The position numbers and the translations under genes are program-made. Below, piece by piece: positions 45,849 through 55,709 of a DNA stretch of 64,000 nt. Origin of the DNA: an uncultured Actinomycetes bacterium (lineage in GTDB: Bacteria > Actinomycetota > Acidimicrobiia > Spongiisociales > DATADW01); contig CAVWWM010000025.1 in NCBI GenBank assembly GCA_963758695.1, positions 937-64,936 of the forward strand, in the 5' to 3' direction. The notes beneath the pieces were generated by a model. That model did not search any database, was not told the DNA's origin, and saw only the letters and a program-made list of their open reading frames with translations. The stretch's first letter is position 1, and each line of letters opens with the position of its first letter.

Positions 45849-46049
45849 TCAGCGGGCAGCGGCGCCCCGAGATGCGAATGCGGCGAGCGAGACGACGGGA
45901 TCGCCGACGACGAGCATCAGGGCAGGTGGTGAACCCGGGTCGAGACGGCCGACCGGCACCGTGCTCGGTGCGACCGCCATGAAGGCTGCAAAACCCCAGC
46001 GACGCGCAACAACGCGCCATCCGGGTCTCTCCTCGGGTCTATCCGCCAT
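45849..46049 (-). CDS. hypothetical small protein (66 aa)
   Basis: ATG overlaps the zinc-ribbon stop by 1 nt (TGATG), and the ORF ends 4 nt before the LLM gene start. No motif. Confidence 0.35.
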   Translation of the reverse strand: MADRPEERPGWRVVARRWGFAAFMAVAPSTVPVGRLDPGSPPALMLVVGDPVVSLAAFASRGAAAR

Positions 46050-46330
46050 CACCGTGTCCCGGCACCAGTCGTCACCGAGGTCCCGCAGTTTGGGCACGTC
46101 GCCACGTCGATGTCTCCCACGATGAAGGAGAAGGAGCAGTCCGGGCATACCAGGCGGGGTGATGGTGGATCCGGTGGTTGAGGCGTGGGTCGCGGCGGTA
46201 CCTCGGGTGGTGGCCCAGGGGCCCCGCCGTTGTCCCGGACCTCGTTGACAGATCCGCACCGGGCGCACCGGTAGCGTCCGGGGCCGGTCACATCGAATTC
46301 GGTGCGGCAGGCGCCGCATCGCACCCTCAC
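46049..46330 (-). CDS. double zinc-ribbon protein (MJ0042-type fingers joined by a Pro-rich linker)
   Basis: CGAC..(13)..CARC and CPDC..(16)..CPNC pairs. GTGA overlap with the upstream gene. Confidence 0.65.
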   Translation of the reverse strand: MRVRCGACRTEFDVTGPGRYRCARCGSVNEVRDNGGAPGPPPEVPPRPTPQPPDPPSPRLVCPDCSFSFIVGDIDVATCPNCGTSVTTGAGTR

Positions 46331-46824
46331 CTCTGCTCACCTCCATGCGGGTCGTTGCCGATGGTATTGGGGCCGATGGTATCGGGGCTGTCGACCGTGG
46401 GTGATTCCGCATCGGTCACCGGTTGTCCCACCGCCCCGATGGCGAGGAGGTACTCGGCCTCGAGACGCAGCACTGCGGCAACATCCTCGCGGCTGTGTTC
46501 CACCCGGTTCCGCTCCCGGATCCCATCGACCACGAAGTCGATTGCCACCTCGTCCCCCCCGGCGATGGTGTCCTGGGGCCGGGCATGCGCCAGGCCCTGC
46601 AGGTAGTAGACCTCCCATTCCAGGATCCGCCGCACCTTGGCGTCGTCGAGGCGGGAGGCGATGTCATCGGGGAGACGCTGACGCACAAACGAAACCGCGT
46701 CGTTGATCACGTAGACCCTGGGCTCACGTTGTGCCCGTCTTTTCGCCTCCTGCCACACCAGGGCCGCCACCATCACCATCAGTAAGGCGGCGAGCAAGGC
46801 AGCGACGACCACCTCAGCGGCCAT
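46327..46824 (-). CDS. N-terminally membrane-anchored hypothetical protein
   Basis: MAAEVVVAALLAALLMVMVAALVW followed by a soluble ~130-aa domain. First gene of a translationally coupled trio. Confidence 0.55.
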   Translation of the reverse strand: MAAEVVVAALLAALLMVMVAALVWQEAKRRAQREPRVYVINDAVSFVRQRLPDDIASRLDDAKVRRILEWEVYYLQGLAHARPQDTIAGGDEVAIDFVVDGIRERNRVEHSREDVAAVLRLEAEYLLAIGAVGQPVTDAESPTVDSPDTIGPNTIGNDPHGGEQR

Positions 46825-46842
46825 TGAACGACACGGTAGGGC

Positions 46843-47268
46843 TCAGGCGACGGGGCGGCGTACTCGACCGAGCAGGGCGCCATGGCCAGCTTCCAATTGC
46901 AGACCCGGGTCGTCGAGATGGAGCCACGACAGCCTGCGCACCGTTCCCCCATCGGAGACGGCGGGGTGGTCCCAGGGATCTTGGGGCGAATTCACCGGCG
47001 GCTCGAGTTGGAAGACATGCCGCTCCCGCACCTCGGCCCGCCCGTAATTGCTCATGTCGTACTCGGCGACGCCCAGGTACCCGTTGATGCTGGCGGAGAG
47101 TCCTGTCTCCTCCGTGACTTCTCGCACCACTGCCTCACGGATGTCCTCGCCATCTCCGATGGGACCATATGGGACGTGGCGGCCCCGTATCGGCCCATCC
47201 GACCGCTCCACCACGAGCAGATGGTCGCCACGCAGCACATATGCGAGCACTTCGATCGTCCGGATCAC
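46843..47268 (-). CDS. NUDIX hydrolase
   Basis: Nudix box GPIGDGEDIREAVVREVTEETGL. Confidence 0.8.
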   Translation of the reverse strand: MIRTIEVLAYVLRGDHLLVVERSDGPIRGRHVPYGPIGDGEDIREAVVREVTEETGLSASINGYLGVAEYDMSNYGRAEVRERHVFQLEPPVNSPQDPWDHPAVSDGGTVRRLSWLHLDDPGLQLEAGHGALLGRVRRPVA

Positions 47269-47329
47269 AGTGAGCGAACGCTAGACGGACGGCCCAGCGT
47301 CGAGCGTGTCGCCTTGGGGCCAGCCATGC

Positions 47330-48454
47330 TCACAGCCCGAGGCGGCCGGCGAGGATCTCGCGGTGATAGACCGGGTCGCCGAACAACAGCTCCGAGCTCT
47401 TGGCGCGCTTGAAGTAGAGATGGGCGTCGTGCTCCCAGGTGAAGCCGATCCCACCGTGGATCTGAATGTTCTCGGCGGCACAGTGGAAGAAGGCTTCGGT
47501 GCAGTACGACTTGGCCAGAGGAGCCACCACCGCCAGTTCATCCGGGTCCTCTTGAGCGGCCCAACCGGCGTATGCGGATGCCGACTTGGCCGACTCCACC
47601 TCGAGCAGCATGTCGGCGCACTTGTGTTTGATCGCCTGAAAAGACCCGATGGGACGGCCGAACTGGACCCGGGTCTTGGCGTACTCCACCGACATCTCCA
47701 GACAGCGCTCAGCACCGCCCACCGCCTCGGCGGCCAGCGCCACCGAAGCCAGGTCGAGGACCCGGGTGAGGATCGGCCACCCTCCGCCCTCCACACCGAG
47801 CAGGGCATCACCGGGGAGCCTCAACGAGTCGAATGTGACCTCGGCCAGTTTGCGTGTGGTGTCCATCGTCTCGAGCGCCCGGCGGGTTGCATCTTCACTA
47901 GAGACCACGAACAGGCTGATGCCGCCCGGACCCGGCGAGGTCCGTGCTGCGACGATCAGCGTCTCGGCGGTGTGCCCGTCGACCACGAACGACTTGGTCC
48001 CCCTCAGCACCCATTCCTCCGAGTCAGGCAGGGCCTCTAGTTCGATTCCCTGGTCGTCCCAGCGGCCCGCCTGCTCGGTGATTGCCAGCGCCACACGGTG
48101 CTCGCCAGATGCGATCCCGGGTAACAGCTTCTCCTTGTGTTCCTCGTCACTCGACTCGAGCAGCGTGTACGCCCCCAGAATCACCGACGAGAAGAAGGGG
48201 GACGGGTACAGCGCCCTCCCCATCTCCTGGAGGAGCACGACCAGTTCGATGAAGCCGAAACCGGCCCCGCCGTACCGCTCTGGGATGGCCATCGCCTGCC
48301 AGCCCATGGCGGCATTTTCGTCCCATAGCGACCCATCGAAACCTTCGTCGCTCTCCATGATCCGCCGCACGACGGCGGAAGGCGCCTTCTGTTCGAGGAA
48401 GCGGCGCGCCGTGGCCCGCAACTCCTCCTGCTCCTCGCTGAAGGCGAAGTTCAT
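47330..48454 (-). CDS. acyl-CoA dehydrogenase
   Basis: 374 aa with typical ACAD blocks, including GGIGFTWEHD at the C-terminal catalytic region. Confidence 0.85.
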   Translation of the reverse strand: MNFAFSEEQEELRATARRFLEQKAPSAVVRRIMESDEGFDGSLWDENAAMGWQAMAIPERYGGAGFGFIELVVLLQEMGRALYPSPFFSSVILGAYTLLESSDEEHKEKLLPGIASGEHRVALAITEQAGRWDDQGIELEALPDSEEWVLRGTKSFVVDGHTAETLIVAARTSPGPGGISLFVVSSEDATRRALETMDTTRKLAEVTFDSLRLPGDALLGVEGGGWPILTRVLDLASVALAAEAVGGAERCLEMSVEYAKTRVQFGRPIGSFQAIKHKCADMLLEVESAKSASAYAGWAAQEDPDELAVVAPLAKSYCTEAFFHCAAENIQIHGGIGFTWEHDAHLYFKRAKSSELLFGDPVYHREILAGRLGL

Positions 48455-48552
48455 CGCCGGGTGGGCTTCCTCATGGGCGCCGGGATGCTAGGCGACCCGA
48501 TGCCTTCGCACCCGAGAGCACAATGTCCGGCACATGGCGAGGAGGAGACACC

Positions 48553-48942
48553 ATGGACTGGAAGCTCGAGGTCGTCCCCGTTCCGGTGGAGGACATCGAT
48601 AGGGCGCTGGCCTTCTACCGGGACCAGTTCGGGTTCGCCGTCGACCTCGACGATCAGGTGTCCGACGAGGTACGGCTGGTGCAGCTCACCCCGCCGGGAT
48701 CGGGTTGCTCCATCCAATTCGACACGACCGAGATGCCTCCAGGTTCGCTGCGCGGGCTACAGATCGTTGTGGACGACATCGCCGCCGCCCGCGCCGACCT
48801 GGTCGAGCGCGGCGTGGAGGTCACCCCAATCCGCCACTTCGATGCCGGCAAGTGGGTCGATGGACCGGGAGGCCGATGGAACTCGTTTGTCTTCCTCAGC
48901 GATCCAGATGGCAACACCTGGGTGCTACAAGAGCGCGGATAG
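48553..48942 (+). CDS. glyoxalase/bleomycin-resistance (VOC) family protein
   Basis: ATG 48553 lies 5 nt after GGAGGAG. VPVEDIDRALAFYRDQFGF... and a C-terminal FLSDPDGNTWVLQE. Confidence 0.8.
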   Translation: MDWKLEVVPVPVEDIDRALAFYRDQFGFAVDLDDQVSDEVRLVQLTPPGSGCSIQFDTTEMPPGSLRGLQIVVDDIAAARADLVERGVEVTPIRHFDAGKWVDGPGGRWNSFVFLSDPDGNTWVLQERG

Positions 48943-49221
48943 ACGGCAGACGGCAGACGGCAGACGGCAGCCAATCCGAATCCGTCCCCCCGGAGGGGAG
49001 GGGGGCCCGCTGCGGAGCAGGGGATAGTGGGGCTGTTGATCTCCCAAACCGTGCCCGACACACGGTTATCGCACCTTTGGGTGCGAACCAGCCCCCCTCC
49101 CCCGACGCCTCCGGCGTCTGGTACTCCCCCCGCCGGGGGGAGCGAGAGTGGTCCTCCGTCCCACCGCCAGGGCGACCACGCTCCTCGTACTAAGTACCAA
49201 GTACTAAGTACCAAGTACTCA
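48943..49221. repeat. composite palindromic intergenic element, full copy, with an extra A/T-rich heptamer array
   Basis: (ACGGCAG)x4 at 48943..48970 starts directly after the stop at 48942. Module B (reverse) 48981..49032, centre, module A 49092..49141, then (GTACYAA)x5 at 49187..49221. Confidence 0.85.
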
Positions 49222-49224
49222 GAT

Positions 49225-51025
49225 TTAGAAAGCCGCGTCCTCGAGCAGCATGAGTGACCCGTCCTCGGCTTCTGCCAACGCTCGCCGGGCGGTGACTTGG
49301 GGTGCGCTGTGGTGGACGAACCACCTGGCTGCAGCGATTTTGCCCTCGTAGAAGGGTCGCTCATCGGTGTGTCGCCAGCGCGGCGGTCGCCACTTCGGCG
49401 TGCCGGAGCAATTGCCATGAGATCACCAATTCGGCAAGCGAGTCGAGCAACCCATTGGTGTGCAGACCCACCGCGTAGATCCTCTCGGGATCGCCACCCA
49501 GCGACGCCATGAGGTGGTCCACCATGACACCGAGGTGCGCCTCGACGTCGTCGAGCATCCCCACCAGTCGGTCGCGATCCGCGGTCAGTTCGTCGTCACG
49601 TCCACCCTTGCCGAACGCCCTGATCTCGCCGAGCAGTTCCTGGATGGCGCGTCCCTGGTCGCGGGCGATCTTGCGGAAGAAGAGATCGAGAGCCTGGATC
49701 CCCGTGGTGCCCTCGTAGACCGTGTCGATCTTGGAGTCGCGGATGTACTGCTCGAGCGGGTAGTCCTGGGTGTAGCCCGATCCGCCTAGAACCTGGAGAG
49801 ACTCGGACAAGACCTCATACGCCTTCTCGGAGGCGTACCCCTTGACCAGCGGAAGTAGCAGGTCTCCACGCGCCGCCATCGCCAGGTCGTCTGGTGCCGT
49901 CTCGGAGTACCCCTGCACAGTGGCGGCATACAACACCAGGGCGCGCAGTCCCTCGGCTGTCGCCTTCTGCTCCATGAGCATGCGGCGCACGTCCGGGTGC
50001 CTGATGATGGGGATCCGCGGCGCCGACTTGTCGCCGGCTTCGGCCAGGTCGGCGCCCTGGACCCGCTCGGTTGCGTAGGCGAGGGCGTTGAGATATCCGG
50101 TGGACATAGTGGCTGCTGACTTGGTCCCGATCGTCATCCGGGCGTGCTCGACCACACGGAACATCTGTCTGATCCCGTCATGGACCCCGCCGACCAGGTA
50201 ACCGACGCAGGGGGCTCCGGCGCCGAGGGTGAGCTCACAGGTTGTGGACCCCTTGAGACCCATCTTGTGCTCGACCCGGGTGGCGAAGATCCCGTTGCGC
50301 TCGCCGAGCGAGCCATCCGGTTCGATGAGCCGCTTGGGGACCATGAAGAGCGACAGACCCTTGGTCCCGGGACCGGCCCCCACCGGGCGGGCGAGCACCA
50401 GGTGGACGATGTTCTCCGCCCCGTCGTGTTCGCCGCCGGTGATGAAGCGCTTGACCCCCTCCAGGTGCCACATGTCGCCCCCGATGTGGGTGGCGCGCGT
50501 GGTCCCGGCACCGACGTCGGAGCCGGCATCGGGCTCGGTGAGGACCATGCTCCCTGCCCAGCCCCGCTCGATCATGAGCGCCGCGACCCGGCGTTGCTCG
50601 GGAGTACCTTCGTCGTGCAGAAGGCGGGCGGACAGTGGTCCGGAGGAGTAGAAAACGGCGGTGGGATTGGCGCCGAGCAGGAGCTCCTGGGTCGCCCAGA
50701 AGACGGCACGCGGCACCCGGTTTCCGCCTAGTTCCTCGGGGAGCCCGAAACGGTCCCAACCGCCATCGCGCAGCGCCGCCAGGCTGCTCTTCATCTCGTC
50801 GGGAAGGACGACCTCCCCGTCATTCAGGACCAGATCGATGCGGTCGGCAACTTCGAAGCTGGCGGCCCACTCGTTCCGAGCCAGTCGCTCGATCTCGGCC
50901 AGGGCGGCACGCAAAGTGCCCTCGTCGAGATCGGTGAAGGGAGGCCGGTCAAGCTGATCTTGGATCCGGTGCACTTCAAAGAGGTTGAACTCGATGTCGC
51001 GAAGGTTCGACCGGTAGTGCCCCAT
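49225..51025 (-). pseudogene. long-type acyl-CoA dehydrogenase (FadE-like), frameshift near ~49365
   Basis: ORF 49361..51088 carries the ACAD body (start MGHYRSNLRDIEFNLFEV at 51025). The expected C-terminal tail DERPFYEGKIAAARWFVHH...LMLLEDAAF* continues in another frame to TAA at 49225..49227. Confidence 0.75.
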
Positions 51026-51099
51026 CTGCTCCCGTCTCCATGGCCCTGGAACCTTGAGTATAACGTCAAAGTTTGAGTGCCCACTCAAGGATTGAGGCG

Positions 51100-51657
51100 T
51101 CAGTGGGCCGACACTGCCTCACTCGCCACAAGGCGCTCGGCATGCATCGCAAAGTCGAAACCTGGATCGAGCAGAGATTGAAGTGCATACCCATTTAGCG
51201 CCGCCACCAGTGCCTCCGCCCGCAGCGGATTCGCCGCGCCGGGTGAGACGCGGTCCATCGCTTTGGCGAAGCGGGTCACCCTGGCTTGGTGATGACGGAG
51301 GACTCGACCCGCCATCGCCTGGTCGGTGAGCGCCCCGCCGACCGCCATCCTGAGGTAGACGCGGGCGAGCGGCTTCTCCTCGGTGATGAACCGGACATAG
51401 GCGGAGACCAGGTCGGACACCGTGTCCGACCCGGTGCCGCTTGGATCGGGGTCTACCGCAGTTATCGCCTGACGGACCACGGTGAGGACCACCTCTTCCT
51501 TCGACCCGAAGAGGTTGTAGAAGCTCCCCGGCTGGATCCCCGCCAAAGCGCAGATCGCCTTGAGAGTTGCTGCCTCGAGCCCGCCCTCGGCGAGGAGGTC
51601 GCGGGTGGCGGCGAGTATCCGGTCACGGGTTTCGAGACCGACGCGGTACCTTGCCAT
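51100..51657 (-). CDS. TetR family transcriptional regulator
   Basis: N-terminal HTH ILAATRDLLAEGGLEAATLKAICALAGIQPGSFYNLF. Confidence 0.85.
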   Translation of the reverse strand: MARYRVGLETRDRILAATRDLLAEGGLEAATLKAICALAGIQPGSFYNLFGSKEEVVLTVVRQAITAVDPDPSGTGSDTVSDLVSAYVRFITEEKPLARVYLRMAVGGALTDQAMAGRVLRHHQARVTRFAKAMDRVSPGAANPLRAEALVAALNGYALQSLLDPGFDFAMHAERLVASEAVSAH

Positions 51658-51710
51658 GAGGCTGCAAGGTAATGCCCGGCCGGCCCGGCGGGCACTACGG
51701 TCCCCCGTCC

Positions 51711-52322
51711 ATGTCTTCTCTGGTGCTCCTCGACGAGCCGGACAGGTATTTGGTGCGGCTGGCGCTCGGCCCGTACGACAACAGGGTCTACCTGGTGGGC
51801 GACCCCGAGACCCGCGCCATGGTGATCATCGACGCAGCCACCGAAGCGCCGTCGATCCTCGAGGCCGCAGCAGGCTGGACGGTCAGTGCCATCCTCACCA
51901 CCCACGGGCACCACGATCACATCGGTGCCGTCGATGAGGTGCGGGAAGCGCTCGGCATCCCATTCCGGATGCACCCCGCAGACACCGATATCGCCGAGAT
52001 GGCTCCCGACGTCCCCCTGAGCGACGGTGAGGAGATAACGGTGGGCCGGCTTCGGCTCCGGACCGAGCACACCCCCGGCCATACACCCGGCTCGTGCTGC
52101 TTCGTCATGCCACCGCAACTCTTCTCGGGCGACACGCTCTTCCCCGGTGGTCCGGGCGCGACCCGCTGGGACTACTCGAGTTTTCCCGAGATCATGGACA
52201 GCCTCGATAGCCGGCTCTTCGTGCTCCCCGACACGACGATCGTCCTACCCGGCCACGGGGAGGGGACCACTATCGGTACCGAGCGCCCCCACATCGAGGA
52301 TTGGCGACAACGCGGCTGGTAG
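51711..52322 (+). CDS. MBL-fold metallo-hydrolase (glyoxalase II-like)
   Basis: THGHHDH motif, HTPGHTPGS, GDTLFPGG. Start is ATG 51711 or the upstream 51672. Confidence 0.8.
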   Translation: MSSLVLLDEPDRYLVRLALGPYDNRVYLVGDPETRAMVIIDAATEAPSILEAAAGWTVSAILTTHGHHDHIGAVDEVREALGIPFRMHPADTDIAEMAPDVPLSDGEEITVGRLRLRTEHTPGHTPGSCCFVMPPQLFSGDTLFPGGPGATRWDYSSFPEIMDSLDSRLFVLPDTTIVLPGHGEGTTIGTERPHIEDWRQRGW

Positions 52323-52330
52323 CTGGCCTG

Positions 52331-52355
52331 CGTCCTCGTCTGCCGTCTGCCGTCA
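52331..52355. repeat. short CCGTCTG-type heptamer remnant
   Basis: CGTCCTCGTCTGCCGTCTGCCGTCA directly downstream of the stop at 52322. A separate small hairpin CAGGGA-ATACTC-TCCCTG lies at 52371..52388. Confidence 0.6.
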
Positions 52356-52410
52356 TACGCCCGTTCGCGACAGGGAATACTCTCCCTGCGCCCGACCTCA
52401 GGAGTTGACC

Positions 52411-53328
52411 ATGGAGCTCGCGCTGATGACCGAGCCGCAGATCGGCGGCAGCTACGAGCAGTTGCTGGCGGCGGTCCGCTGGGCGGAAGCGGCAGGGATG
52501 CGCTCGTTTGCCCGCTCGGATCACTACGGCAACGCCGATGGGCGGTCGGCGCCGACCACCGACGCCTTCGTGTCGCTCGGAGGGCTCGCCCGGGAGACCG
52601 ACCGAATCAGGCTGGGGATCCTGGTGAGCCCGATCACCTTCCGCCACCCCGCGGTCATTGCCAAAAGCGCCGCGACGATCGATGAGATGTCCGGCGGCCG
52701 GCTCGACCTCGGGATCGGGACCGGATGGCAGGAGCATGAGCACTCTGCATTCGGGCTCGGCTTCCCATCGACCGGCGAGAGGTTCGACCTGCTGGAAGAG
52801 GCGCTCGGATACGTGCGGGCCGCCTTCGACGGCGGGTCGTTCCAAGGCGAACACTTCAGCTTCTCGGGTGATGCCGAGCCCCGACCACGTGGAGTCAGGC
52901 TCATGGTCGGTGGTGGCGGACCCCGGCGCACCCCGTCGCTCGCCGGTCGCTACGCCGACGAGTTCAACCACGGGCTGGCATCGGCTGACGAGATCGGGCC
53001 GAAGATCGCCACGATGCGCGCCGCCGCCGAGGAAGCGGGGCGGGATCCCGGGTCGATCACCGTCTCAGTGATGGGGCCGGTCGTCACCGGCGCCGACCCT
53101 GGCGCCTACAAGGCGGTGCTCGAGGCGACGGCAAAGGCGATGGGGAGGCCACCTGAGCGGATCGAGGAGAGATGGAAGGCGGCGGGGCTACCGATCGGAA
53201 CTCCCGATGAGGTGCGGGAGACGATCTCATCTCTCGAGAGGGTCGGAGTCGAAAAGCTCTACCTGCAGCACCTCGACCTAACCGACCTGGCGCCGCTGGA
53301 GGCTGTCGTCGCCGTGCTCGAGGGCTGA
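52411..53328 (+). CDS. LLM-class F420-dependent oxidoreductase
   Basis: MELALMTEPQIGGSYEQLL...FARSDHY...LDLGIGTGW, 305 aa. Confidence 0.75.
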   Translation: MELALMTEPQIGGSYEQLLAAVRWAEAAGMRSFARSDHYGNADGRSAPTTDAFVSLGGLARETDRIRLGILVSPITFRHPAVIAKSAATIDEMSGGRLDLGIGTGWQEHEHSAFGLGFPSTGERFDLLEEALGYVRAAFDGGSFQGEHFSFSGDAEPRPRGVRLMVGGGGPRRTPSLAGRYADEFNHGLASADEIGPKIATMRAAAEEAGRDPGSITVSVMGPVVTGADPGAYKAVLEATAKAMGRPPERIEERWKAAGLPIGTPDEVRETISSLERVGVEKLYLQHLDLTDLAPLEAVVAVLEG

Positions 53329-53332
53329 GACC

Positions 53333-53809
53333 TCAAGTCACCGGTGCCCAGACGGCACCAGCCGCTTCGACCAGCACCGTGGGGTCGATCGGGAAGACCG
53401 TGTCGGGCGTCCCACCCGCCGCCCACACCGTGGCGTGCCGCTGTAGCCCGGGGTCGGCAACCACCTGGACCGGCCCCGGGTAACCGAAAGGAGGCGTCCC
53501 CCCGGCTGCATAGCCCGTTGCGGCCCGCGCTTCCTCGAGTGTTGCCCTGCGGACGTCACTCCCTGCCACCACCTTGGCCAGGGCGGTCGGGTCGAGCCGC
53601 CGGTCGCCCGGCACCAGGGCCACCACCGGTCGGTCGTCCACTATGAACACCAGCGACTTCACGATGGCACTCACCTCGCAGCCGACCGCAGCGGCGGCGT
53701 CGGCAGCAGTTCGGGTGCCCTGTGGGTACCGCTCGATTCCGATCTCGATCCCGAGTTCCCGGGCCCGGTCGAGGACCCGGCGGCTGGCGGCAGGCAACGG
53801 TTCGGCCAC
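53333..53809 (-). CDS. YbaK/EbsC-type aminoacyl-tRNA editing (deacylase) domain protein
   Basis: 158 aa with IVKSLVF..DDRPVVALVPGDRRLD and GGTPPFG blocks. Confidence 0.7.
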   Translation of the reverse strand: MAEPLPAASRRVLDRARELGIEIGIERYPQGTRTAADAAAAVGCEVSAIVKSLVFIVDDRPVVALVPGDRRLDPTALAKVVAGSDVRRATLEEARAATGYAAGGTPPFGYPGPVQVVADPGLQRHATVWAAGGTPDTVFPIDPTVLVEAAGAVWAPVT

Positions 53810-53872
53810 TGCTGGGAACCTACCGACCGGCCCTACACTCGCACCACTCCTCCCCCCTTTCGAGGTCTTGGC

Positions 53873-54919
53873 ATGCGCATTTCAAGGTTCGTAGTCATGG
53901 GTTGTCTCGTGGTGGCAGCTGCTTGCGGCGGCTCTGCCGGCGGCGAGTCGGCGACCACCGTCCCCGCCTCGCTCGGCGAGCTCAGCTACGGGTACGAACC
54001 GGGCTCGACGTACACATACGACGTGATCTCCACGCAGACGGTGTCACTCGATGGAACCGTCGCCGGCGACCTCTCCGCCGAGGATTCCCCCATCCCGGAG
54101 AACGCTGACGTCACCACCACCCGGGAGGGAACCGTGGCGTACGACGTGGCGGCGGGCGAGGAGGAGGGGACCATCGAACTCACCATCACCAGCTCGATGG
54201 AGACCGTGGATGTGAGCGGCACACTCGACGGCGAGGACCTCGGCGAAGACATACCCCCGGAGCTGCAGATGTCGGAGGGCGAGCTCCCCCCCGTCACCGT
54301 GGTCATGGATCTCCAGGGCAATGTCGTCGAGGCTGCGCCGGATGCAGGTGGTTTGGAGGGATTGGCCAACCCTCTGGCCTCGCTCGAGGGACTCATCCCG
54401 GGTGATCCCCTTCGAGGGCCGCTTGGCCCGACGTTCCCCGACAACGAGTTGGCCGTGGGTGACGAATGGAGCAACGAGCAGACGCTCGACCTCCTCGGTG
54501 AGGAAGTGTCATACACCACCGCCAATCAGATCACCGGTATGGAGAACACTTTGGTCGTGATCGACTCGACCACCACCGTTTCCGCGTTCGACATCTCGCT
54601 CACCGAGATGCTCGCCGAGCTGTTCGGGGCGGCGGCTGGCGGTGACCCAGAGGCCGAGGAGGTGCTCGAGCAGCTGGAGTTCACGGTTAGCGGCGACCCT
54701 GCCGACCTCGGCACCACAAACCGATTCGACCCCGAACAGGGACTGATCACCGCATCGGAGAGCGATGGCACCGTCGCTGCCACCATCGTCGTCCGGCTTC
54801 CCAATGAGGGCGGAACCGAAATGGCGGGATTCGACGCCGATGCCTCGGTCACCAGCGAGTACGAGGTGACGCTGGCGGAGCCTGGTGAGTCACCTGCCGC
54901 CACCACAGCCGGCAGTTGA
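53873..54919 (+). CDS. acidic secreted lipoprotein of unknown function
   Basis: Lipobox MRISRFVVMGCLVVAAAC followed by GGS. The body is Asp/Glu/Thr-rich. It ends ~22 nt before sufC. Confidence 0.65.
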   Translation: MRISRFVVMGCLVVAAACGGSAGGESATTVPASLGELSYGYEPGSTYTYDVISTQTVSLDGTVAGDLSAEDSPIPENADVTTTREGTVAYDVAAGEEEGTIELTITSSMETVDVSGTLDGEDLGEDIPPELQMSEGELPPVTVVMDLQGNVVEAAPDAGGLEGLANPLASLEGLIPGDPLRGPLGPTFPDNELAVGDEWSNEQTLDLLGEEVSYTTANQITGMENTLVVIDSTTTVSAFDISLTEMLAELFGAAAGGDPEAEEVLEQLEFTVSGDPADLGTTNRFDPEQGLITASESDGTVAATIVVRLPNEGGTEMAGFDADASVTSEYEVTLAEPGESPAATTAGS

Positions 54920-54941
54920 ATCCGGGGTTTCCACTAGCCTG

Positions 54942-55709
54942 ATGGTGGAAATGGAACCCCCCCTTCTCCGCATCGAGGGCCTGCGCGCCAGCATGGGCGA
55001 CCACGAGATTCTCAAGGGAGTGGACCTCACCGTCAATCGAGGCGAGGTTCATGCCCTGATGGGCCCGAACGGCTCGGGCAAGTCCACGCTGGCCAACGTC
55101 CTGATGGGCCACCCCGGTTACAAGGTCACAGGAGGTGCCATCACCTTCAAGGGCGAGGACATCACGGTCATGCCCTCCAATAAGAGGGCGACCCGCGGGC
55201 TGTTCCTCGCCTTCCAGTACCCCGAGGAAGTCCCCGGGGTCTCGGTGGTGCAGTTCCTCCGCACCGCACTAAAGAATCGCGACGGGGTGGACTACACCGT
55301 GCTCGAACTGCGTCTCCGTGTCATGGAGGCGATGCGCACCCTGGGCATGGATGCCACCTTTGCCGACAGGTACCTCAACGAGGGCTTCTCGGGCGGTGAG
55401 CGCAAGCGCAATGAGGTGCTCCAACTCGCGGTGCTCCAGCCGGAACTGGCGGTGATGGACGAGACCGATTCAGGGCTCGATATCGACGCTCTCCGCACCG
55501 TTGCCGAAGGGGTGAAGGAACTCACCGGGCCTGAGCGTGGATTCCTCATCATCACGCACTATCAGCGGCTCCTCGAGCACATCACTCCGGACCACGTCCA
55601 CATCTTCGTCGATGGGAGGGTGGTGGAGAGCGGTGACGCCGAGTTGGCCAAGCATCTCGAGGTCGAGGGGTACGAGGCGTTCCGTGATGGGGTGACCGCC
55701 ACGGCATGA
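54942..55709 (+). CDS. sufC: Fe-S cluster assembly ATPase SufC
   Basis: LLRIEGLRASMGDHEILKGVDL, GPNGSGKSTLANVLMGHP, FSGGERKRNEVLQ, MDETDSGLDIDAL. Start is ATG 54942 or 54951. Confidence 0.9.
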   Translation: MVEMEPPLLRIEGLRASMGDHEILKGVDLTVNRGEVHALMGPNGSGKSTLANVLMGHPGYKVTGGAITFKGEDITVMPSNKRATRGLFLAFQYPEEVPGVSVVQFLRTALKNRDGVDYTVLELRLRVMEAMRTLGMDATFADRYLNEGFSGGERKRNEVLQLAVLQPELAVMDETDSGLDIDALRTVAEGVKELTGPERGFLIITHYQRLLEHITPDHVHIFVDGRVVESGDAELAKHLEVEGYEAFRDGVTATA

